DNA from: a virus
Taxonomy: Duplodnaviria; Heunggongvirae; Uroviricota; Caudoviricetes
Virus record (IMG/VR): IMGVR_UViG_2834277561_000001
Span: 122,688 to 186,687 of that record
DNA: 64,000 nt
Reading direction: 5' to 3' (one strand)
Shown here: positions 56,840 through 64,000 of the stretch, piece by piece
Layout: the number at the start of each line of letters is the position of its first letter
Position numbering within the stretch: the stretch's first letter is position 1
Notes under the pieces: model-generated
What the model was told of the DNA's origin: nothing
What the model saw: the letters and a program-made list of their open reading frames with translations, nothing else
Databases searched by the model: none
Made by a program: the position numbers and the translations under genes

Positions 56840-57190
56840 ATGGCAGATAAAGAGTATGTCTGCGCATATAATCATTGCTTACATCACGGCGAGAAGGTGA
56901 AAGCCTCAGAAGCCGTGGTGATTGGCAATAAAAAATACCATTGGGATTGCGCAGCGACAAAACAAGAAATTGCAGAATGCGCTTCAACATATATGGAATA
57001 CATGGAAGATAAAACGCAGTATCCATTAGTAATGAGGATTTTGAATACACTTGTGTTTAAAAATCAAGTACCTCCGGAATATATTTTGAAGCAAATCAAG
57101 AAGTCAAAATTGTATTACAAATCAAAACCAGTTCATGCCTTATATGGATTGAGACGATTATTTTGGGAATATGAGATGAAGATGGGGTAA
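56840..57190 (+). CDS. hypothetical Cys/His-rich protein
   Basis: ORF of 116 aa. Confidence 0.5.
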   Translation: MADKEYVCAYNHCLHHGEKVKASEAVVIGNKKYHWDCAATKQEIAECASTYMEYMEDKTQYPLVMRILNTLVFKNQVPPEYILKQIKKSKLYYKSKPVHALYGLRRLFWEYEMKMG

Positions 57191-57196
57191 TAAAAA

Positions 57197-59122
57197 TTGA
57201 TCGTTGACAGAAAACTTATTGAAAAAGCAAAAGAAAAACTTGGAAATCAGAACGCATTTATCATGGCAGAATTACTTGAACTTGAAGATTTTGATGAAAA
57301 AAATCTGAAATCCTGTTGCCCATATCATGATGAGGATACTCCAAGCTTTATTTACAATCCTAAAAATTATAGCATGCATTGCTTTTCATGCAATAAAACA
57401 GTAGATATCATTGATGTATTGATGGGAAAAGGAAAAACTTTTCTTGAATCCGTCCAGTTTCTATTTGATAAAGCAGGAATCGAATGTAGTTTTGGTGAAC
57501 AGAATGTAAAGACCAAACATAATTATCGTTATCCGCATGAAGAACCAATTAATGATAAACCAAATGTTGTTGACTATTTTGGTAAACGTGGCATTTCAAA
57601 AAATGTTCTGGATTACCTTGATGTGAGAGAAGACAATCATGGCAATGCCGTATTCAACTTCTATGATACAAACGACGTTCTTACTATGGTGAAATATCGC
57701 CCATCTCATACAGTAGAAAAACATTCTGGACAGCCGAAAACATGGTGTCAGAAAGATTCGGATACCGCGCCATTGCTTTTCAATATGAACCGCGTCAACA
57801 CATCAAAACCTCTCCTTTGTACGGAAGGCGAAATTGACTGCGCTAGTGCAATCGAGGCGGGTTATCTAAACACCGTAAGTGTTCCGCTTGGAGCAGGAAA
57901 TCTTCATTGGATTGAAGAAAACTGGGATTGGCTTGATACTTTTGACGACATTATCATCTGGTCTGATAACGATGCAGCAGGTGAAAAGATGCGAAAAGAA
58001 TGTATTTACAGACTCGGAACTTGGCGCACAAAGTACATTGTTACACCTGAATATTACGAAAAAGAGGATGGGAGAAAAATTCCGCTAAAAGATATCAATG
58101 ACTGTTTGCAGATTGGCGGTAAACAGTTTGTAATGGATCTGATTTCGGCAGCAAAAGACGTTCCTGTAAAAAGTGTTGTTGATTACTCAGAAATTGAAGA
58201 ACTCGATGTGTCACAGATGGACGGGGTTCAAACGGGAATCAAGCCTCTGGACAATGAATTAGGTAAACTGTTTTATGGTACACTCACGATTTTATCAGGG
58301 AGGCCAGGATCTGGGAAAACCTCGCTTATCGACCAGGCGATTGCTATGACAATCGACAATGGCAGCCCGACATTCTTATATTCCAAAGAGCTGCCGGAAC
58401 GTCTTTCTGCAAACTGGTTTAATACAATTATCGCAGGACGCAGGAATATGGTAGAAAAACATAATAGTAGCGGTAAAAAATATTATGTTGTTCCATATGA
58501 TACACAGAAAAAAATGCAGCAGTATTATAATAAGAAGCTTTTCATTTACAAAGACGAGGAATCTAATGATTTTGAAGCTGTGCTGAAATCAGCTGAAGAA
58601 TGCGTGAGAAAATTCGGTTGCAAATTAATTGTTCTTGATAACCTTATGATGCTCGATTTGAAGTGTAATGAGAGCGACAAAAATACAGCTCAGACAAATC
58701 TTATAAATCTATTAATCAAATTCGCCGTGAAGTTCAATGTCGCGGTAGTCTTAATTGCTCATCCAAGAAAAACCCAGGATTCAAATTCAGATATTGAAAT
58801 GTATGACATTGCCGGAAGTTCCAACATTATCAACCTTGCAATGAGATCTATTGGCTTGCGTCGTGTTTCCAAAAAAGAAAAAGAAGACCCTAAATGCAAA
58901 TGGCATAAATATGATGTTGTACTAACTGTAATGAAAGACAGGATGTTTGGTAAGTCCGATGTACAAATTGGACTGTGGTATGACTTAGTATCCAGAAGAT
59001 TTTATACGGATTACGCGGAATATGACAAGCAATTCGCGTGGGACGACAATTATTACATTGACAAATTGGAGTATGTGGATAGAGGACGGGTTGATCCTGA
59101 AGATGAATTTCCTGATAAGTAA
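57197..59122 (+). CDS. DNA primase-helicase (DnaG-like zinc finger and TOPRIM fused to DnaB-like helicase)
   Basis: Zinc finger CCPYHDEDTPSF..CFSCNK, TOPRIM EGEIDCAS and WSDNDAAG, Walker A GRPGSGKTS, Walker B IVLDNLMM; TTG start. Confidence 0.85.
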   Translation: MIVDRKLIEKAKEKLGNQNAFIMAELLELEDFDEKNLKSCCPYHDEDTPSFIYNPKNYSMHCFSCNKTVDIIDVLMGKGKTFLESVQFLFDKAGIECSFGEQNVKTKHNYRYPHEEPINDKPNVVDYFGKRGISKNVLDYLDVREDNHGNAVFNFYDTNDVLTMVKYRPSHTVEKHSGQPKTWCQKDSDTAPLLFNMNRVNTSKPLLCTEGEIDCASAIEAGYLNTVSVPLGAGNLHWIEENWDWLDTFDDIIIWSDNDAAGEKMRKECIYRLGTWRTKYIVTPEYYEKEDGRKIPLKDINDCLQIGGKQFVMDLISAAKDVPVKSVVDYSEIEELDVSQMDGVQTGIKPLDNELGKLFYGTLTILSGRPGSGKTSLIDQAIAMTIDNGSPTFLYSKELPERLSANWFNTIIAGRRNMVEKHNSSGKKYYVVPYDTQKKMQQYYNKKLFIYKDEESNDFEAVLKSAEECVRKFGCKLIVLDNLMMLDLKCNESDKNTAQTNLINLLIKFAVKFNVAVVLIAHPRKTQDSNSDIEMYDIAGSSNIINLAMRSIGLRRVSKKEKEDPKCKWHKYDVVLTVMKDRMFGKSDVQIGLWYDLVSRRFYTDYAEYDKQFAWDDNYYIDKLEYVDRGRVDPEDEFPDK

Positions 59123-59137
59123 GAGAGGTAAATTTCA

Positions 59138-62100
59138 TTGATTCAAAATTATCATTGTCATAAATCATATAGTAATATTTTAGTTGCTGATTGTCCTGCT
59201 TCATATGATGATTATTTTAAAAGAGTTGTAGAATTAGGACATAATGTAATATCAAGTGTAGAACATGGATATCAAAGCAACTACTATATTCCATATGAAA
59301 TTGTCAATAATTATAATGACAAATTAAAGAAGCAAGTAGAAGAAGGTACTCTATCTGGATCTGAATACAATAGAAAGAAGCTTAAATTTATTTTTGGAGC
59401 AGAGGCTTATTGGGTAAAAGATAGACTTGCTGAATATTCCAAAATAGATAAAAAAACAGGGAAGATTGTATCTGCAAAAGACAGAACAAATTGCCATATT
59501 ATTTTGTTAGCAAAAAATGAAGAGGGTCGGCAGGATATTAATGAAGTCCTTTCAATTGCGAATATAGATGGATTCTATGGACAGCCACGAATCGATATAG
59601 ATCTTCTTCTAAAAATCAAACCAGAAAATGTATTGGTAACAACAGCTTGTTTAAAATACTGGGTTTATGAAGATATAGATGAAATTACAAAAACCTTGCA
59701 TAATCATTTTAAAGAAAATTTCTTTCTTGAAATTCAGTATCATAATACCGATTTACAGAAAAAAATAAATCGACATATTCTCGAATTATCGGAAGAACTT
59801 GGAATTAAATTGATTTTTGGATATGATAGCCATTATATTTATCCAGATGATTCTGTAGAACGAGATAATTATTTAGAAGCACGAGGAATCACTTATGACG
59901 AAGATGAAATTGGATGGTATATGGATTATCCGGATGAATCAGAAGTTCGCAGAAGATTACGTGAGCAAGGTGTTTTAAATGAAGAACAAATCAATGAATG
60001 TATTAATAATACAAATTTACTTCTTGATTTTGATGATATTGTTCTTGATAAACGAATTAAGCTGCCTAGAAATTATAAATTTAATGGTGAATGGGTAGGA
60101 GATAAATCCCAGGAATGGAGAGACAATAAACTTAGAGAACTTGTATATTCTAAATGGAATGATATAAAACACACGATTTCGCCGGACAGATACGAAGAAT
60201 ATGAAAAAGGTATTGAATACGAACTTGATGCCATTATTGGTACAAAAATGTCTGATTATTTCTTAATTGACTATGAGTTAGTTCGTATTGGCACATCCAA
60301 CGGTGGAGTAATTACAAAAACAGGTAGAGGAAGTGGTGTTTCATATTATATAAATTCACTTCTTGGATTTAGTAATATTGACAGATTTATTTCCCCTGTA
60401 ACATTATATCCAGACCGATTTATTTCAAAAACGCGAATCTTAAAAACTCGTTCACTACCTGACCTTGATCTAAATCTTGGAACTGTAGATATTTTTGCAA
60501 AGGCACAACTTGAAGTTATGGGTGAAGGACATGCTTATCCCATGATTTCGTATAAACCATTAAAAACATCTTCAGCATTCAAACTCTATGCAAAATCCCA
60601 AAAACTTGATTTTCAAATTGCAAATGACATATCTGCACAGATTAAAGAATATGAAAAAGCTTTAAAAAATGCAGATGATGATATGAAAGATACCATCGAC
60701 CTTTATGATTTTGTAGATAAGAAATATAGAAGATATATTGAAGAAAGTAAAAAATATCAAGGTATTATTAATGCCAAATCCCAGGCTCCTTGTGGGTATC
60801 TGATTTATGACGGGGATATTAAAAGAGAGGTCGGACTTATTCGTTGTAAATCAGAATCTACCAAGAAAGAAGTTATCACAACTGTCATTGATGGAATGGT
60901 AGCTGAAAATTACAAATTTGTTAAAAATGATTTATTAAAAGTAGATATTTGGCTTACAATTAATAATATTTTTAAGATGGCGGGAGTCAAAACTCCTACC
61001 GTTCCAGAGATGACTAAACTTATTGAGAATGATGAAAAAACATGGAGTGTTTATAAGAGTGGATACACATTAGGAGTCAATCAATGCGAATCTTCATTCG
61101 GTATTCAATGTTGTAAAAAATATCAGCCACAAGATATGAGAGAATTAACATCTCTTGTTGCAGCTCTTCGTCCTGGATTCAAAACTCAGTTAGATACCTT
61201 TTTAAATAGATTACCATATACAACCGGAGTTCAAGAACTGGATGATCTTTTAAAAGATTCTTTTCATTATATGATGTATCAAGAATCTATTATGACATAT
61301 CTTGGATGGCTTGGTATTGAACAAACAGAGACTTATGCTATTATCAAAAAAATTAGTAAAAAGAAATTTAAAGAAAAGGAATTGACTGAACTAAAAGCTA
61401 AATTGCTTAATGGATGGATTAAAAATGTCGGTACGGAGAATGGATTTACAAAAACATGGGAAATCATTGAGGCTGCCGCAAAATATTCTTTCAATGCATC
61501 CCATGCTCTGAGCTATGCCTACGATTCTGTATATGGAGCTTATGCAAAAGCTCATTATCCATATGAATTCTATGCTGTTATGATGCAACACTATGCTGAT
61601 AAAGGTAATAAAGATAAAGTAACTGCATATAAAAAAGAAATGTTTGAATTTGCCAAAATAAAAGAAGGATCATATAAACTTGGTCTTGACAACAGAAAAT
61701 TCTCAATGGATAAAGAGAATAAAGTAATTCATCCCGCATTATCATCTATCAAGAACTTTTCAAATGCCATTGCCGAGAAATTGTATGAACTTGGGAAAAA
61801 TAAATATTCCTCGTTCGAGGATGTATTGGTTGCTTTTAGAACAGCTGGAATATCTGATTCAAGAATTGAAGATTTGATTAAAATTAGCTATTTTTCTGAC
61901 TTTGGAAATATCAATTATCTCCTTCATTATCTGGAAGTTTTTAACATATTCTTTAAAAATAAACAATATCTCAAACAACCCACAAAAGAAAACATGTTTA
62001 AAAACAATATCAATTTTGATATTCTTAGAAAACACTGTCAATCGGAATCACCCAAAAAATTTATAAACATTGATGCGTCTACTATTATCCGAGAGCTATG

Positions 62101-62443
62101 TGAAAATTATCAAGTAGAGACTAAATTCAAAGATATGTTGCAAATGAGAAAAGATGTTCTTGGGTATTACGACATTGTAGATAAGAAATACCAACGATAT
62201 TGTGTCGTAGAAGATTTAAATGTCAATTATTCCCCTAAGATAACTCTATATCCATTAGCTAATGGCAACACTTTTCAGGTAAAAATAAAGAAAACTATTT
62301 TCAAAAAGCATCCACTAAAACGGGGAGATATTATAAAAGTAGTAGATAGTGATCACCAATACAAGATGAAAAAAGTAGAAGGTGAATGGGTAAAATCGAC
62401 AACTGAAAAAGAATGGTGGATTAACGAATACAAGGTATATTAA
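59138..62443 (+). CDS. DNA polymerase III alpha-like (DnaE-family, PHP domain) replicative polymerase
   Basis: N-terminal PHP motif YHCHKSYSN...SVEHG; 1101 aa; TTG start preceded by GAGAGG. Confidence 0.7.
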   Translation: MIQNYHCHKSYSNILVADCPASYDDYFKRVVELGHNVISSVEHGYQSNYYIPYEIVNNYNDKLKKQVEEGTLSGSEYNRKKLKFIFGAEAYWVKDRLAEYSKIDKKTGKIVSAKDRTNCHIILLAKNEEGRQDINEVLSIANIDGFYGQPRIDIDLLLKIKPENVLVTTACLKYWVYEDIDEITKTLHNHFKENFFLEIQYHNTDLQKKINRHILELSEELGIKLIFGYDSHYIYPDDSVERDNYLEARGITYDEDEIGWYMDYPDESEVRRRLREQGVLNEEQINECINNTNLLLDFDDIVLDKRIKLPRNYKFNGEWVGDKSQEWRDNKLRELVYSKWNDIKHTISPDRYEEYEKGIEYELDAIIGTKMSDYFLIDYELVRIGTSNGGVITKTGRGSGVSYYINSLLGFSNIDRFISPVTLYPDRFISKTRILKTRSLPDLDLNLGTVDIFAKAQLEVMGEGHAYPMISYKPLKTSSAFKLYAKSQKLDFQIANDISAQIKEYEKALKNADDDMKDTIDLYDFVDKKYRRYIEESKKYQGIINAKSQAPCGYLIYDGDIKREVGLIRCKSESTKKEVITTVIDGMVAENYKFVKNDLLKVDIWLTINNIFKMAGVKTPTVPEMTKLIENDEKTWSVYKSGYTLGVNQCESSFGIQCCKKYQPQDMRELTSLVAALRPGFKTQLDTFLNRLPYTTGVQELDDLLKDSFHYMMYQESIMTYLGWLGIEQTETYAIIKKISKKKFKEKELTELKAKLLNGWIKNVGTENGFTKTWEIIEAAAKYSFNASHALSYAYDSVYGAYAKAHYPYEFYAVMMQHYADKGNKDKVTAYKKEMFEFAKIKEGSYKLGLDNRKFSMDKENKVIHPALSSIKNFSNAIAEKLYELGKNKYSSFEDVLVAFRTAGISDSRIEDLIKISYFSDFGNINYLLHYLEVFNIFFKNKQYLKQPTKENMFKNNINFDILRKHCQSESPKKFINIDASTIIRELCENYQVETKFKDMLQMRKDVLGYYDIVDKKYQRYCVVEDLNVNYSPKITLYPLANGNTFQVKIKKTIFKKHPLKRGDIIKVVDSDHQYKMKKVEGEWVKSTTEKEWWINEYKVY

Positions 62444-62982
62444 TGAAACAATATTATACAGATAAGCATTACAAAGAATTGCTATCCCACATGATAATTT
62501 TGGTAGACACTCGAGATCAAACTAACGGTGAAATCCTTGAGTGGTTTACCAAACATAAAGTGAGATGGAAGACAAAAGCGTTAAAAACAGGCGATTACGG
62601 GCTAATGATAGAGTCATGTCCAGAGTTAGGATTTCTCACAGATACCTATTTCACAGATGAACTGTGTATTGAACGCAAAAATTCAGTATCAGAATTAGCG
62701 GGCAATTTCTCTAATGTATTAAAAGATGACGACAGAATCTTTAAAGAGTTCAATCGTATGATAAATATCGAGAGAAACTTCCTATTAATAGAAAATGATA
62801 ATATAGGAGATATCATAGACCGTAACTACCGCTCAAAACTTAATCCAGATTCATTTTTGCGGGCATTGTTGACATGGCAGCACAGAAATAATATGCACAT
62901 ATATTTTGTTCCCAAAAAGCATATGGGTAAAATGATATATGAAATTTGTAAGAATTGCCTGGACTCAAAAATATTAAGATAA
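62443..62982 (+). CDS. ERCC4/Hef-like PD-(D/E)xK nuclease (putative junction resolvase)
   Basis: ILVDTRDQ, GDYGL and CIERKNSVSEL resemble the ERCC4 VDxRE..GDY..ERKxxxDL motifs. Confidence 0.4.
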   Translation: MKQYYTDKHYKELLSHMIILVDTRDQTNGEILEWFTKHKVRWKTKALKTGDYGLMIESCPELGFLTDTYFTDELCIERKNSVSELAGNFSNVLKDDDRIFKEFNRMINIERNFLLIENDNIGDIIDRNYRSKLNPDSFLRALLTWQHRNNMHIYFVPKKHMGKMIYEICKNCLDSKILR

Positions 62983-62996
62983 AAGGAATAAATAAC

Positions 62997-63635
62997 ATGG
63001 ACAACAATTTAATAACAACGTTTGAAGCACTTCTAAATAAAGTAGATAGAGACGGAATGGATAAATTACTTATCTTTATTAAGAAAAGTGATTTTTATAC
63101 GGCTCCGGCAAGCACCAGGTTTCACTCCTGTCATGAAGGAGGACTTCTTGAACATACCATGAACGTGTATAACTGCTTGCTTTCTAAAAAGAAAAATCCC
63201 ATTTGGGCAGAGAAACTTGCCGAAATTCCAGATGAATCACTTATTATTTCTGCGCTTTTACATGACTTATGTAAGACGTATTTTTATGGTTCTGAATTAA
63301 AAAATCAGAAAACATATGATGAAGAAAAAATCAATGCCGCAAATCCACGCATGGTCAAAAGCGATTCTAATGGCAAATTCATTTGGGAAACGGTACCGAA
63401 ATATGTTGTGGATGATAAAATTCCATATGGACATGGCGAAAAGTCAGTCATGATGATCGAAGAATATATCAGATTGACGCCTTCTGAAAGATACGCGATC
63501 CGTTGGCACATGGGGTGGTCTGAACCGAAAGAAAATTATAATGCTCTCGGCGCAGTATTTGGCAAATATCCGTTGGCACTTGCATTACACGAAGCAGATC
63601 AGGAAGCTACATATTTACTGGAAAAGGAAGAATGA
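62997..63635 (+). CDS. HD-domain phosphohydrolase (YhaM-like HD)
   Basis: RFHSCHEGGLLEHTMNV ... LLHDLCK (H..H...HD). Confidence 0.65.
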   Translation: MDNNLITTFEALLNKVDRDGMDKLLIFIKKSDFYTAPASTRFHSCHEGGLLEHTMNVYNCLLSKKKNPIWAEKLAEIPDESLIISALLHDLCKTYFYGSELKNQKTYDEEKINAANPRMVKSDSNGKFIWETVPKYVVDDKIPYGHGEKSVMMIEEYIRLTPSERYAIRWHMGWSEPKENYNALGAVFGKYPLALALHEADQEATYLLEKEE

Positions 63636-64000
63636 TTATGAATAACTTGACAATTTCGGATGCAATTCAAATCTTAGACCCTAAAACCACATCTGACGCT
63701 ATCCGTGAAATCGAGTATTATGGAGGATTAGCGGGTAAGAAAAGAGCGATAGAAGCAGTAAACCAAGCATGTGAAATGGCATGCAGTATGATGCGAGCAT
63801 ATAGAAAGGATATGCATATGTTATATAAAATTACACGAATTACCCATACAGGAACATATGGGAAAGAAGGAACTGACCGTACTGACGGAAGATATCCTTT
63901 GAGAATCGGCAGAATTGTGGAAATGAGATATGATTCCATTGGAATTGGTATTCCTATGACATTAAATTATATAAGAGATTCTGATGGAATGCCACTCAGA
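63632..64000 (+). CDS. hypothetical protein, 3'-partial (runs off the window end)
   Basis: ATG overlaps the HD gene stop (ATGA); open frame for 123 codons with no stop. Confidence 0.5.
   Translation, partial: MIMNNLTISDAIQILDPKTTSDAIREIEYYGGLAGKKRAIEAVNQACEMACSMMRAYRKDMHMLYKITRITHTGTYGKEGTDRTDGRYPLRIGRIVEMRYDSIGIGIPMTLNYIRDSDGMPLR

Noticed and set aside
391-63939. All minus-strand ORFs in the six-frame track (e.g. 545-817, 4562-4969, 21499-22095, 26632-27165, 43794-44240, 58890-59204, 63718-63939)
   Set aside because: Each lies antisense inside a well-supported + strand gene. They are low-complexity in a way typical of AT-rich antisense frames and have no RBS, so I treated them as spurious.
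1-64000. Prophage integration features (integrase, att sites, rRNA operons, host housekeeping genes)
   Set aside because: None recognised. The only recombinase is the IS110 transposase within its own GC-rich element. The window looks entirely phage-derived.

Overview
The window is an AT-rich (about 32% GC) stretch of a large dsDNA bacteriophage genome, probably a virulent phage of a low-GC Firmicutes host. More than 110 tightly packed, mostly small genes lie on the + strand, and no convincing minus-strand gene was found. Identifiable content: (i) Four DNA cytosine-targeting methyltransferase homologues (two C5-type, two SPPY/SPPF amino-MTases) and an SNF2 helicase. (ii) A three-gene cluster (35691-38454) of a CmoA-like carboxy-SAM synthase, a C5-MTase-like enzyme with a PCK variant motif IV, and an AsnB-type PP-loop amidoligase. 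This is the best candidate for a novel DNA hypermodification pathway, possibly 5-carboxymethyl or 5-carbamoylmethyl cytosine. (iii) An adenylosuccinate-synthetase (PurA/PurZ-like) gene whose N-terminus is split by a +1 frameshift at GCC-UGA-G, with an HNH-AP2 homing endonuclease gene immediately upstream. (iv) A GC-rich IS110-family insertion (transposase plus a roughly 400-nt structured 3' non-coding tail) next to a GIY-YIG homing endonuclease and a radical-SAM gene. (v) A tRNA-Gln(UUG)/tRNA-Leu(CAA) pair followed by about 400 nt of structured non-coding RNA ending in an orphan tRNA-like T-arm and acceptor, plus Thg1-like, NTase-fold, DHH and HD proteins, which together look like a tRNA repair or replacement kit. 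(vi) A replication module of an SSB with a DDDELPF tail, a Sak/Rad52-like annealing protein, a primase-helicase, a DnaE-like PHP polymerase, an ERCC4-like nuclease and an HD hydrolase. (vii) Several tandem paralogue arrays, disrupted genes (YopX), and a recurrent intergenic palindrome ATGAAAG(A)n..CTTTCAT. Most other ORFs are small hypothetical proteins. All assignments rest on motif recognition by eye, without database searches.
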